Shown: positions 1 to 9,679, counted from the stretch's first letter. The stretch: 64,000 bases of DNA from Minisyncoccota bacterium (GCA_018062425.1 JAGOSH010000002.1:9541-73540), one strand, 5' to 3'. Program-made: numbers and translations. The notes: generated by a model from the sequence alone, not told the origin.

Positions 1-1
1 C

Positions 2-442
2 GGTGAATGGACATTCACCCACAATCCATTTTCCAAGCCTCGCGCGGAACACATGAGTGATTTTATTAACAAACAAAATATCGGCAATATATTAACCACG
101 CAGTATGACATCACCCTCAATGGCTACGAAATAGGTGGGGGAAGTATCAGAAACCACGAAGCCAAAGCTCTTAAAAATACTTTTGAAATTATGGGTTACA
201 ACGAAGAACGCATTGAACTTAATTTCAAACACATGTTAGAAGCTCTTGATTTCGGAGCTCCACCACACGGAGGTATCGCTTGGGGTTTTGATCGTCTGAT
301 GATGATTCTTCACAATGAACCAAACATCCGTGAAGTTATACCGTTTGCCAAAACTGGTGAGGGTAAAGACCTGATGATGAACGCTCCTGCTCAAATACCG
401 GAAAAGCAAATGAAGGAACTAGGTATTAAGTCAAACAAGTAG
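2..442 (+). CDS. aspS: aspartyl-tRNA synthetase, C-terminal fragment (5' end outside window)
   Basis: Frame is open to the window start. THNPFSKP, GGGSIRNH and FGAPPHGGIAWGFDRL match the class II AspRS C-terminal motifs. Confidence 0.85.
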   Translation, partial: GEWTFTHNPFSKPRAEHMSDFINKQNIGNILTTQYDITLNGYEIGGGSIRNHEAKALKNTFEIMGYNEERIELNFKHMLEALDFGAPPHGGIAWGFDRLMMILHNEPNIREVIPFAKTGEGKDLMMNAPAQIPEKQMKELGIKSNK

Positions 443-447
443 ATCCT

Positions 448-786
448 ATGAGTAATAAATTACTAAACAAAAAATGCGTGCCTTGTGAAGATAAAAACAC
501 TGATCCTTTTACTCCCGAAGAAGCACGAAACTACATGCCCGATGTGCCAGAGTGGGTTCTGTCGGATGATGGCAAAAGTATCGAGCGAGTTTTCAAATTC
601 GCAGACTTTATCGGCTCGGTAAACTTCATCAACAACGTAGCCGACATCGCCGAAGAAGAAGGCCATCATCCAGACATAGAAGTACACTACAACAAAGTAA
701 AGCTAACCCTGTCCACTCATTCCATCGGCGGCCTGTCCGAGAATGACTTCATTGTAGCGGCAAAGGTTGATGAATTTAAAAAATAA
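448..786 (+). CDS. pterin-4-alpha-carbinolamine dehydratase (PCD/DCoH family)
   Basis: 112 aa. EEEGHHPDIEVHYNKVKLTLSTH is the PCD signature region. Confidence 0.8.
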   Translation: MSNKLLNKKCVPCEDKNTDPFTPEEARNYMPDVPEWVLSDDGKSIERVFKFADFIGSVNFINNVADIAEEEGHHPDIEVHYNKVKLTLSTHSIGGLSENDFIVAAKVDEFKK

Positions 787-804
787 ACTTTCTCGAAACT
801 AAAC

Positions 805-842
805 AAAAAGCCTTATGAGATTTATTTCTCGCAAGGCTTTTT
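805..842. terminator. bidirectional intrinsic terminator between convergent genes
   Basis: aaaaagcctt (805-814) pairs with aaggcttttt (833-842). An A-run lies upstream and a T-run downstream. Confidence 0.6.
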
Positions 843-861
843 AGTTTCTATTTAATTCCCG

Positions 862-1749
862 TCATATTTTAACGATGTCCAATACCATTTGTAATTGGTT
901 TTGAATATTCTCGTCATTTCGTCTCGGCATTGGCCGGACTTCTATACACAGGTCGTTACCGTATCTTTTCAATCTAAAATACCACCAAACACTCCTTATG
1001 AATAAAGGAATATTCAAATCCGTAACCTGATCAAAAGGTACAAGTTCCGGCCCTACGACTACCGAGTGTCCGCTCAACTGTTGGCAGTAATCATCCAGTG
1101 AATCAAAAAGTAGTGGTCCACCGTACCGATCGCTTTTGTATTCTGCTTTCGATGTCCGGATGTATTCACGCCAAATTCTGTCCTGGGGATATGATTCCAG
1201 AAACAGGTCTGTTTTACTTCCTAATCTGTTCAGAATTTCGATTGCATCAGTAGGGGATACAGATATCGTAAATTGTACCGATGAAGTCCGAGCCATAGGC
1301 ATCAAAGCTTCTTTGCCATCAAGCTGGAGCCAAATCGCATCCCTCTCGTCCGGAATGGCCAGTAAGTTTTCTTTGCCTTCCAGAATTGGTTCAAAAAAAG
1401 GATAGGCATCGAATAGCGCGGCGACAGAGTACAGTTTCTGTAACGAGTCTAGGGTTATCTCAACCACGGAATTTACACTGCTAACGAAACTGCCAAACTC
1501 AATGTTTTGTCGTCCGAGTTCGTAAGCAAAAGTATTTCCGTAAACATCTTGGACGCTAGTTATGAGCTCATTTTTTCGTTGCGTGATGTGCCATCCGCAT
1601 TGAGACAAATATCGCAGAATATTCTGGGACGTTTCAAGGCTAATGGGTTGGCCGTTTTCGCAGACGAATTGAGTTTCAACTTCGGATCCAATCGTTTGGA
1701 AATTTTTGGAAGTTGCACCATGGGTAAAGTACTGAAGTAAATGTTGCAT
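862..1749 (-). CDS. glutamate-cysteine ligase-like / carboxylate-amine ligase family protein
   Basis: 295 aa. Blocks GSEVETQF, YELGRQNIEF and LCIEVRPMPRR resemble the GCS2 family. This is a family-level guess only. Confidence 0.45.
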   Translation of the reverse strand: MQHLLQYFTHGATSKNFQTIGSEVETQFVCENGQPISLETSQNILRYLSQCGWHITQRKNELITSVQDVYGNTFAYELGRQNIEFGSFVSSVNSVVEITLDSLQKLYSVAALFDAYPFFEPILEGKENLLAIPDERDAIWLQLDGKEALMPMARTSSVQFTISVSPTDAIEILNRLGSKTDLFLESYPQDRIWREYIRTSKAEYKSDRYGGPLLFDSLDDYCQQLSGHSVVVGPELVPFDQVTDLNIPLFIRSVWWYFRLKRYGNDLCIEVRPMPRRNDENIQNQLQMVLDIVKI

Positions 1750-1802
1750 GACTGGTTGTTTTTTTGTGAAAAGACAATGAACTGTAAGTCTTGGACATCC
1801 AA

Positions 1803-1837
1803 AACCCCTTCTAAGTGATTAAACTTGAGAAGGGGTT
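1803..1837 (-). terminator. intrinsic terminator after the yerC-like gene
   Basis: 10-bp stem aaccccttct/agaaggggtt, followed on the minus strand by TTTTGG. Confidence 0.6.
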
Positions 1838-1855
1838 GGTTTCGAGTTTTAGAAG

Positions 1856-2248
1856 TTAACGACTCAAAGACAATCCTTTCCCAAGTTTGGCAGGATTACT
1901 ATGATGCCCATTTGATAGGCGAGATAAGACAAGACGATACCCACCCAACGATCCTTTCAGCCATTTGGATATGCGGGCTACTGTAGCCGAAGAAAGACCT
2001 GTTTTCTGAGTTATAAAGTTGTACTGCATGTCAGCTGACAGCAGGCGAGCAGCTTCGAGCCTTTTGCCGAATTCTGTTATCTCACCCTCGGTCATCAAGT
2101 CACGCAGAAAAGCTTCTGTTTCTTTTGAACTTTCAAGCGATAGTATAGCAGATACAAATTGCTTATTTTCTGGGGTATTCCAGTCTATGTTTTTCTGTAC
2201 AGATCGTGCAATTTCTACAGAAGTGTTTTTGTTCATTCCATTACTCAT
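1856..2248 (-). CDS. TrpR-related YerC/YecD family DNA-binding protein
   Basis: 130 aa. FLRDLMTEGEITEFGKRLEAARLL and QKTGLSSATVARISKWLKG form the typical TrpR-like HTH. Confidence 0.7.
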   Translation of the reverse strand: MSNGMNKNTSVEIARSVQKNIDWNTPENKQFVSAILSLESSKETEAFLRDLMTEGEITEFGKRLEAARLLSADMQYNFITQKTGLSSATVARISKWLKGSLGGYRLVLSRLSNGHHSNPAKLGKGLSLSR

Positions 2249-2291
2249 GTGGCTACTTTAGCAAAGTAAAGTACTTTAGTCAACTAAAGTA
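2249..2291 (-). promoter_or_regulatory. leaderless sigma70-type promoter overlapped by TACTTT/AAAGTA palindromes (candidate autoregulatory operator)
   Basis: On the minus strand: TTGACT (2278-2283), 17 nt, TAAAGT (2255-2260), 6 nt, ATG (2248). Inverted repeats are TACTTTAG-n4-CTAAAGTA (2272-2291), TACTTT-n3-AAAGTA (2254-2268) and AAAGTACTTT (2267-2276). Confidence 0.5.
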
Positions 2292-2325
2292 GATAAGTGA
2301 TTGAGGATAAGTGAGGTAGGCTGAG

Positions 2326-3180
2326 TTACTTAACTTTTTTACCTAGTATATAGGCTTCTTGGCCGATGCCTTTGCAATTGTGAGCGAACACGATGACACC
2401 ATCCCTGTCTGACTTTCTTATTTCAGTACCATCTGTACCGATGACCGCACCTTTTTTAATTGGGCTGAAATCAACAAATTGTTTTTTGAGGGTGAAAGAT
2501 TCTGTTTTAGTTAAATACAGACTCTGTACTACAAAAGCCGGACGAGTGCTTTTATGGGTGTTTGTCTTATCAAGAATATGCCCCTGAGCTTTCAAAAAAG
2601 CGATAAGGGTGTCTTCTGCTATGTTTATAGAATTAGGATCATTGTGTTGTCCGCATTCAACAGTTATTCCGATCTTGCCTCTATCATTCATATAATCCTC
2701 CGTTGCTCCTGGCTCTATTTTGCCGAACCCTCCGACTTCGCGTACAAATCTTTTTGTAAAATAAGGTGTTATTTTATTTGCATTTTTTTCGCAAATGATG
2801 AAAGGCTTGCTTCCTGGATTGGTTGTGGAATGAATATCCAACAATGTTTCAGCTTTATTCAAGAACTTCTTTAGATACTGAGCTCTTTTGTATTCATATG
2901 TTTTTTTGATTTTCAGGTTATAAAGTTTTGCATCTCGAAATGCTCTGTTTATATTGAATTCTGTAAATCTAACATTCTTTTGTATTGCTTTCGGATTACC
3001 GAATACAAAATACACTTCGCCAGAGTCTAGCCTCAGGTTGGGAACAATTTCATAAAAGGCTTTTACGCCACAGACCTCGTTTCCGTGTATACCTGCAAAT
3101 ATAACGCTTTTGGGACCAGGTTTTTGTCCTTTCAGTAAGTAACCTTTCTCAAATTTTGAAAACCATTCTTTTTTATTCAT
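2326..3180 (-). CDS. succinylglutamate desuccinylase/aspartoacylase (AstE/AspA, M14-like) family protein
   Basis: GIHGNEVCG zinc-ligand motif, plus DIHSTT and ITVECGQH. The ATG at 3180 is preferred over the TTG at 3195, because TATAAT (3187-3192) lies 6 nt upstream of it. Confidence 0.7.
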   Translation of the reverse strand: MNKKEWFSKFEKGYLLKGQKPGPKSVIFAGIHGNEVCGVKAFYEIVPNLRLDSGEVYFVFGNPKAIQKNVRFTEFNINRAFRDAKLYNLKIKKTYEYKRAQYLKKFLNKAETLLDIHSTTNPGSKPFIICEKNANKITPYFTKRFVREVGGFGKIEPGATEDYMNDRGKIGITVECGQHNDPNSINIAEDTLIAFLKAQGHILDKTNTHKSTRPAFVVQSLYLTKTESFTLKKQFVDFSPIKKGAVIGTDGTEIRKSDRDGVIVFAHNCKGIGQEAYILGKKVK

Positions 3181-3192
3181 ATTTTTATTATA

Positions 3193-3225
3193 CAAAAAAA
3201 CAGGCTGATCGGGTAATCAGCCTGT
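3193..3225 (-). terminator. intrinsic terminator after the GNAT gene
   Basis: 10-bp stem acaggctgat (3200-3209)/atcagcctgt (3216-3225), then TTTTTTT on the minus strand. It overlaps the GNAT stop codon. Confidence 0.7.
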
Positions 3226-3753
3226 GTCGTTTTCTGGGAAATACCAAGCTGCATTTTCTGCAAAAGGGCAAAAATTGCAAACACAAGGACCTTTTGGACA
3301 CATGCAAAGTTGTTTTCTGAGTTCAGAAAGTTCCTCTTGGTTGTCCATCGGTCTTCCTCCAATCTTCATAAAGAGATCTTGTATTGCGGAGTTGGTGGTT
3401 ACGCTAACAGGGAACCATCCTTTTTCTCGAGCAATCTGTATTCTCTCTTCTACGAAGATTCTTGCAAGTCCTTTTCTCCTGAAGTCAGGCTCCACAAAAT
3501 TCGAACCCAGTTCGACTACCGTTTTGAGCCCAAAATTTATGGGCTCGTGAGTCGCTGTGCGAGCTGGCACTATGGCGGCAGCACCTACGGGCCTTCCTCC
3601 GTGTAATGCAATCACAGCATGGAGTAGATCAGATTTGAAACTCTGATCAAGAGAAACCATATGTGGTTCTCTTTGTGTTGCAAGAATCCACCAGTTAAGA
3701 TAATCATCTATCTCTTGTTCCGGTGCAAGGTGAAGAAAATCAATATTATTCAT
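3217..3753 (-). CDS. GNAT family N-acetyltransferase with Cys-rich C-terminal tail
   Basis: VEPDFRRKGLARIF is GNAT motif A. The tail is CMCPKGPCVCNFCPF. Confidence 0.65.
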   Translation of the reverse strand: MNNIDFLHLAPEQEIDDYLNWWILATQREPHMVSLDQSFKSDLLHAVIALHGGRPVGAAAIVPARTATHEPINFGLKTVVELGSNFVEPDFRRKGLARIFVEERIQIAREKGWFPVSVTTNSAIQDLFMKIGGRPMDNQEELSELRKQLCMCPKGPCVCNFCPFAENAAWYFPENDTG

Positions 3754-3791
3754 TGTATTAAAAATTGGTTAAAGAACAAAGTGAAAAACAA

Positions 3792-3814
3792 AACGACCTC
3801 AGCGTGAGATCGTT
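3792..3814 (-). terminator. intrinsic terminator about 120 nt downstream of pepN
   Basis: Minus-strand hairpin AACGATCTCA-cgc-TGAGGTCGTT followed by TTTGTTTTT. Confidence 0.5.
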
Positions 3815-3935
3815 ATTTGAAAGTTCGTAATTGTGGGTAGGGGAGATATTACAAACACTCTGAAACGGCCTCACTGGTGAGCGAGTTCCGTCTTCGTAGT
3901 GATACTGCGTTTACTGTAATATCGAAATTCATAAT

Positions 3936-6518
3936 TTATAGATTACTCCTTTTCAGGAATTTGTCAAGGGCTTTGGCGTCGCGCTTTAGGCACAATACTT
4001 TGGCCTCTATACGTTCTTTGACTTGTTCTATGGATCGGTCCGCACCTGGGGCAGGGCGGTTTTTAAAGAAGGTTTTGTAGAAATCTAGGTGTTTTTTCTC
4101 TGGACTATTGCCTAGGGCGTAGAGGAGTCTACCCAAACTATGCCCACCATCACCATACCTATTTAGCATTATCTGCCAATTTGTTTTCATGCATTTTACC
4201 CAAATGTCCCGTCCGTTTGGGTTCATGGCCAAGTAGGATAATATGCCGATAGTGTCCTGAGGTCGGACGTCTTTTGACAGTGCAAAGTGTACAGTTTCGC
4301 AGAGTAATTTGTTACTTTCAAAGTCGCTTAGAGCATAGCCGATTCGGTTTTTTTCTTCGTGCAAGGTTTCAGCTTTGTATAATTTTACCAAAGCTTTGTA
4401 TTCTTTTTCTCCACCGTATTTGGCGGTAATGCTGTATGTGAGGCCACGCATGTTGGCATCGACTTTTTTCTTGGAAGAAATATCAGAGAAAAGTTTCTTG
4501 ACCTTTTTGATTACTTCTCCGAATCCTGCTTTCCCAAGCATCGAGATTATGAGTGGACGCAGGAGTATGTCTGTGTGGGTGTCGGTTAGTTTCTGCTCGA
4601 ATCCGAGCTTTCCATAAATAGGTAAATATAGATTGATAATAAATTTATTTAATTTGCTGATATTTTTGGTCTTGGCGAAAATTTGTTTCAAAGTACCTAG
4701 GCCAGAAGCTATTTCCAGCCAGACGATATACTCTTCTTCGTCTCGATAAGAAAGCAGAAAATCTAGTACATAGTCCACAGGCACTTTGCCGGAAGCGTTC
4801 AAGGCAAAAAGGTCACGAATGATTCCGAGTCGATCAACGTTGCTGATTTCTTTACGCAGAACAGCTTCTTTTAGTTCAGACAGTAGTTCATGAGAATACG
4901 CAGTACGGAAAAAACTAGTTTCGTTTTTGTTTACCTTGATCCAGTTATGGTTGCCAGGAATGGTGATCTGATTGCGATCAAAGAATATTTCTTCGCTACC
5001 ATTTTCCGTAAGTAGGGTAATCGGAGTAGGCCAGATGGTTTTGTCATGTGCTTGTTTCCCGGATACTGGGCTCGCGAAAAACCTTTCTTGAGTTAGTACT
5101 GTTTTATTATTTTTCTTAAATATCTGAACGAGAGGGTAACCAGATTTACTGGTCCAGACATTCATCATTTTCTTTATCGGTTTTTTCGACACCTTCTCAA
5201 AGGATTCCCATAAATGCACTGTCTCCGTATTTTTATAACTGTGTTTTTTCAAATAATGTCGGAGGCCGTCGCGGAATTGTTCTTCACCCAAGTATTCCGC
5301 CAGCATGCGAATGACTGAAGCACCTTTGGAATAAGACACTTCATCAAAAGCTTCTCCGATTTCGGATGGGTGGTGTACGGTAACTTCGATGGGGTGGGTG
5401 TTCGCCAGAGAATCCAGTTTCAAAGCTGCGGCAGTGCCGTGTTGACCTAGGGCAACAAATCTGTCCCAGATTTTCCATTCCGGAAATAGCTTATCAGTTA
5501 CAACATACGGTATATAAGAAGCGAATCCTTCGTTGAGCCACAAGTGCGTCCACCACTCCATTGTTACCAAGTTGCCGAACCATTGGTGAGCCAACTCGTG
5601 CGCGATTACTTCTACTATCCTTTCTTTTGAGCCGAGTGAAGTATTGTTTTCGTCAACTAAAAGTCCCACTTCTCGAAAAGTAATTGCACCCCAATTTTCC
5701 ATAGCCATGGAGGTGAAGTCCGGAATTGCTATCATATCCAAAGTGTTTAACGGATACGGAATATCAAAATATTCTTCATAAAAATCAAGTATGGATGCAG
5801 TTATGTCGAGAGCGAAATTCGCTTGTGACTTCTTGCCCGGGGTGGTGTAGACTCGCACCAACACACCATTTTTGGATTTCTTCTCTATGTATTCAAACTT
5901 ACCGACAATAAATGCGAGCAGGTAAGTAGACATCTTGGGTGTCGGTGCAAAACGTACGACTTCAAACCCGGCTTCATGTTCTATCTTTGATACCGGTAAA
6001 GTGTTCGATATCGCAGTCTGACCTTTTGGTACCACCAACGACACATGGAACACTGCTTTATGAGCTGGTTCGTCGAAACATGGAAAAGCTCGGCGAGCGT
6101 CCGTCGCCTCGAATTGAGTGGTTGCTAGGTGATTGACCTTACCTTCGTATACATAGGAGCTTCGGTAGAATCCGCGCATTTTGTCGTTTAGGACACCTCG
6201 AAAAGTAATAGTCAGTTGATTCTTGCCTTTGGATAATTCTTTGGGAAAAGTAAAAGTCGCAGTTTCGTTCTCCTCGTTATAAGTTATTTTGCCAAAAATC
6301 TTTTCTTGCTTTAGCTTGAATTCCACAGTGTCTATCGAGATTTCTTTAGAATGCAGGGTGATTTTTTTGATAGGGGAGGCAACCGAGAGGGTGATTACTT
6401 CAACTCCCGAAAAAGTAAAATTTTCAAGATCTGGGTGCAGTTTTATATCGTATTCTATTGGAAGTAGGTTTTTATCCAGGCGAACTTTAACCTTATTTTT
6501 ATTACTTTTATTTTGCAT
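3936..6518 (-). CDS. pepN: M1 family aminopeptidase N
   Basis: 860 aa. GAMENWG exopeptidase motif and HELAHQWFGNLVTMEWWTHLWLNEGFA (HExxH-18-E). Confidence 0.9.
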   Translation of the reverse strand: MQNKSNKNKVKVRLDKNLLPIEYDIKLHPDLENFTFSGVEVITLSVASPIKKITLHSKEISIDTVEFKLKQEKIFGKITYNEENETATFTFPKELSKGKNQLTITFRGVLNDKMRGFYRSSYVYEGKVNHLATTQFEATDARRAFPCFDEPAHKAVFHVSLVVPKGQTAISNTLPVSKIEHEAGFEVVRFAPTPKMSTYLLAFIVGKFEYIEKKSKNGVLVRVYTTPGKKSQANFALDITASILDFYEEYFDIPYPLNTLDMIAIPDFTSMAMENWGAITFREVGLLVDENNTSLGSKERIVEVIAHELAHQWFGNLVTMEWWTHLWLNEGFASYIPYVVTDKLFPEWKIWDRFVALGQHGTAAALKLDSLANTHPIEVTVHHPSEIGEAFDEVSYSKGASVIRMLAEYLGEEQFRDGLRHYLKKHSYKNTETVHLWESFEKVSKKPIKKMMNVWTSKSGYPLVQIFKKNNKTVLTQERFFASPVSGKQAHDKTIWPTPITLLTENGSEEIFFDRNQITIPGNHNWIKVNKNETSFFRTAYSHELLSELKEAVLRKEISNVDRLGIIRDLFALNASGKVPVDYVLDFLLSYRDEEEYIVWLEIASGLGTLKQIFAKTKNISKLNKFIINLYLPIYGKLGFEQKLTDTHTDILLRPLIISMLGKAGFGEVIKKVKKLFSDISSKKKVDANMRGLTYSITAKYGGEKEYKALVKLYKAETLHEEKNRIGYALSDFESNKLLCETVHFALSKDVRPQDTIGILSYLAMNPNGRDIWVKCMKTNWQIMLNRYGDGGHSLGRLLYALGNSPEKKHLDFYKTFFKNRPAPGADRSIEQVKERIEAKVLCLKRDAKALDKFLKRSNL

Positions 6519-6541
6519 TCAAAAATGATAGCATAAATGGC
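6519..6541. promoter_or_regulatory. 23-bp divergent intergenic region holding two overlapping extended -10 boxes
   Basis: The plus strand has TGATAGCAT (6526-6534), 7 nt before the scpA ATG. The minus strand has TGCTATCAT (6525-6533), 6 nt before the pepN ATG. The two boxes are near reverse complements of each other. Confidence 0.45.
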
Positions 6542-7297
6542 ATGTCTTCTCTACTTGAAGAAAAATCTGCATATACTATTAAAACCGGGACTTTCGAGGG
6601 CCCTTTTGGTTTGTTGCTGTCTCTAGTAGAAGACAGGAAGCTTTTCATAAATGATGTGTCCTTGGCTCAAGTCACAGAAGACTATCTAAAATACATAAAT
6701 AATTTACCAAAAGAAGAAAAGGAAGAAATAGCCAGTTTTATCTTAGTGGCGGCAACACTCATTTTGATTAAATCCAAATCACTCTTGCCGGATTTGTCAT
6801 TATCCGCAGAAGAAGAAACTGATATCAGGAACCTAGAGGATAGACTCAAGCTTTATGAGTTATACAATAATTTAGCAGTTCACATAAAAGACAATTTCGG
6901 AAAGAAAATAATTTTTCCAAGCGAAGAACGAAAAATTGCAGTCAAGATTTTCTTGCCAGATAGTCAGATTACCAAAGAAAGTATGCTAGAGTTGGCTTCC
7001 AGTTTGCTAAACAAGCTTCCAGGTAAGGCAAAACTCGGAGAAGTTGAAGTAAAGAAAGTTATCAGTATCGAAGAAATGATTGATAAATTAACTGACCGAA
7101 TCCAGTCTACTCTGAAGTTCAATTTCCGAGAATTCTCTGGTGGTACGAAAACCAAAGAAGAAAAAGTTTTTGTTATTGTGGGCTTTCTGGCAATGCTCGA
7201 GATGATCCGAACTGGTATCCTAGAAGCAGTGCAAGAAAATAGTTTTTCCGATATTATTATTGAGAAGCAAATAAACAATCATGAAATTAGCGAATAA
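6542..7297 (+). CDS. scpA: segregation and condensation protein A
   Basis: FEGPFGLLLSLVEDRKLFINDVSLAQVTEDYLKYI is the ScpA N-terminal signature. Confidence 0.85.
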   Translation: MSSLLEEKSAYTIKTGTFEGPFGLLLSLVEDRKLFINDVSLAQVTEDYLKYINNLPKEEKEEIASFILVAATLILIKSKSLLPDLSLSAEEETDIRNLEDRLKLYELYNNLAVHIKDNFGKKIIFPSEERKIAVKIFLPDSQITKESMLELASSLLNKLPGKAKLGEVEVKKVISIEEMIDKLTDRIQSTLKFNFREFSGGTKTKEEKVFVIVGFLAMLEMIRTGILEAVQENSFSDIIIEKQINNHEISE

Positions 7298-7829
7298 AAT
7301 AGAAGCCATACTTTTTTTCAAAGGAGAACCGATGTCCAGTAAAAAACTAGCATCTATTCTCAAGGTAACTACTACCGAAATAGACGAAGCAGCGAACGAA
7401 CTATCGGCTAGTTACGAAGGCCGGGGTTTCGTGCTGATCAAAAATACCGAGGAATATTCTCTGGGAACAACACCAGAATTGTCTGATTTGATTGAGGAGA
7501 TGCAAAAAGAAGAATTGAATAAATCACTTACCAAGGCAAGTTTAGAGACTCTTACCATTATACTGTACAAGAATGGAGCAAGTCGAAGCACGATAGACTA
7601 CATCAGAGGAGTGAACTCGAGCTTTACCTTGAGAGCTTTATCGATGCGTGGATTAGTAGAGAAGGTTACCGACCCGAAAGATACCCGTAGATACATTTAT
7701 CAACCAACCACAGAGCTTTTGGCATACATGGGAGTTACCAGAGTAGAAGATTTACCAGAATTTGAAAACATAAAGCATAATTTTGTAGAGGCAGAGAAGA
7801 ATTTAGAAAACAATACACAAGAATCTTAA
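7281..7829 (+). CDS. scpB: segregation and condensation protein B
   Basis: IEAILFFKGEPMSSKKLASIL and ETLTIILYKNGASRSTIDYIRGV. Overlaps scpA by 17 nt. Confidence 0.85.
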   Translation: MKLANKIEAILFFKGEPMSSKKLASILKVTTTEIDEAANELSASYEGRGFVLIKNTEEYSLGTTPELSDLIEEMQKEELNKSLTKASLETLTIILYKNGASRSTIDYIRGVNSSFTLRALSMRGLVEKVTDPKDTRRYIYQPTTELLAYMGVTRVEDLPEFENIKHNFVEAEKNLENNTQES

Positions 7830-7843
7830 TTTAAAACAGGAGT

Positions 7844-8758
7844 ATGCAAATCACTAAATACGAAAAAGGGTTACTAGTGTCACTTTTTATTCTGGCTATA
7901 GTTGCCGGTAGTTTTTATGCGGAAAATAAAAAAAGAGAAGACGCTATAGAAAAAGAAAGAACGGAGAAAGTACAAAAAGAGCTTGAGGTACAAAGGCGAA
8001 TCGAAGCGAGCTTGGGTGGAATCGAGCTTCTGGCGAAAGCTTTTTCTGTGTACGACATAGATACCCACAAGAAAATCTATGGCAAAAACGATGATATGAA
8101 GCTACCGCTGGCGTCACTCGCAAAAACGATGACGGTTATGGTTGCACTAGACACTAATACCAAAAACTATATAAAAATCACACCTGAATTTTTAAAAGAA
8201 GAAGGAGAATACAACATAGTCGAGGGCGAAATATGGGACGTAAAAGACTTGTCACGTTTTGCTTTGATATTGTCGTCTAACGACGCAGCTGCTGCTATCG
8301 CGCGGGGAGACAAAGATTTTGTTACCAGAATGAATGCAAAAGCTCAAGCGATCGGAATGAGTAACACAATTTTTTCCAATGTTACCGGTTTGGACATTTC
8401 AGAAAATACTGCTGGAGTTTACGGTACCGCAGAAGATGCCAACAAGTTAGCGTCGTACGCCTTTTTAAATTATAGTGAAGTATTCGAGGCTACAATCTGG
8501 CCAGCACTCCGAGTAAAGTCAGAGTCTGGTTATACTCACGACATAGTGAATACAAATTTGATAATCAAAGAAGTGCCGGGAATATTATTTTCGAAAACTG
8601 GCTTCACCGAATTGGCAGGTGGTAACCTAACTGTAATATTCAACAATGCGTACGCCCACAGACTCGCTGTGACTCTGCTCGGCTCAACCATGCAGGGTAG
8701 ATTCAGAGACATGGAAAAAATAGTAGAAGCACTGTATAATTTACAGTATGAGATTTAA
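7844..8758 (+). CDS. D-alanyl-D-alanine carboxypeptidase (S11 family)
   Basis: SxxK (SLAKT), SxN (SSND) and KTG (SKTGFT) motifs, with an N-terminal TM helix. Confidence 0.75.
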   Translation: MQITKYEKGLLVSLFILAIVAGSFYAENKKREDAIEKERTEKVQKELEVQRRIEASLGGIELLAKAFSVYDIDTHKKIYGKNDDMKLPLASLAKTMTVMVALDTNTKNYIKITPEFLKEEGEYNIVEGEIWDVKDLSRFALILSSNDAAAAIARGDKDFVTRMNAKAQAIGMSNTIFSNVTGLDISENTAGVYGTAEDANKLASYAFLNYSEVFEATIWPALRVKSESGYTHDIVNTNLIIKEVPGILFSKTGFTELAGGNLTVIFNNAYAHRLAVTLLGSTMQGRFRDMEKIVEALYNLQYEI

Positions 8759-9644
8759 AAAAGTTTTTTTGTTTCTATTTACCTTTCTATTGGTTGCATC
8801 GCCTTATATAACACTAGCTCAAAATCAAAACGTTGGTTTTGTTGAAACTAATATCTGGTATTCCAAGGATCCTTTCGAGGAAGGAGATAAGATTAAAGTT
8901 TACACTTTAGTATTCAACCCGTCTGCCAAAAACTTCAAAGGTACAGTATCGTTTTTCGACAAGACAACTCTTTTGGGTAAAAAAGATTTTACTATTTCCA
9001 GCTTGAGCGCTGAGCCTGTTTTTGTCGACTGGACTGTCACGGTGGGTGGTCATCAGATATTTGCTAGAATCGAGAACCCGCGTCTTGAAGTTTCTGCAGG
9101 AAAATACGAAGAAATTTCTTTGGCCAATACGGAAACCGATAAAAGCGAACACACTGTCGCCAAGAAACTTCCGAATGTTAAAGAGGTCAAAGAAAAAATA
9201 AATGAAACTCTGGATTCTAGTATTAAGCCGATAGAAGATCTGAAGGATAAAATAAATGAAAAATTGCCACCTTCGGTGAGCAAACCAGTAAACAGCGCTT
9301 TTGGATTTATTGAAGAGGCTAGAATAAATGCTTCAGACTCCATCGAAGAGAAGCGCCTGGAAGTCAAAAGTGAGATAGATAAAATTCAAGAATCCTCTAA
9401 TCCGAGCCAAGAAAACATCGACAAGGAAACTGGTGACAAGTCAGACGTTTCTACCGAAATTACAGACACTGAGAATACTGAGAACAGGCCGGTGTCTGTC
9501 AGCGCCCAAACCCCACTCAAATATGTGTCATTATTTTTCTTAACTCTTTTGGGTTATGTGCTGAAATACAAAATACTTTTCTACTTGCTTTCGTTGGTAA
9601 TAATTTACCTAATCATTCGTTTGATCATCAAACTGTTCAAGTAG
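8748..9644 (+). CDS. hypothetical exported protein with C-terminal TM anchor
   Basis: Signal-like N-terminus, acidic low-complexity middle, hydrophobic C-terminus. No family recognised. Confidence 0.5.
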   Translation: MRFKKVFLFLFTFLLVASPYITLAQNQNVGFVETNIWYSKDPFEEGDKIKVYTLVFNPSAKNFKGTVSFFDKTTLLGKKDFTISSLSAEPVFVDWTVTVGGHQIFARIENPRLEVSAGKYEEISLANTETDKSEHTVAKKLPNVKEVKEKINETLDSSIKPIEDLKDKINEKLPPSVSKPVNSAFGFIEEARINASDSIEEKRLEVKSEIDKIQESSNPSQENIDKETGDKSDVSTEITDTENTENRPVSVSAQTPLKYVSLFFLTLLGYVLKYKILFYLLSLVIIYLIIRLIIKLFK

Positions 9645-9679
9645 TTTGTTTTTTGGGTTTAATTTTGTAAGATAAATAA

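Noticed and set aside
3865-3891. Second hairpin (ACGG..CTCAC-ca-GTGAG..CCGT) in the pepN/GNAT spacer, considered as a regulatory RNA.
   Set aside because: It is short, and a stronger terminator lies 50 nt away. There is not enough evidence for anything beyond tandem terminators.
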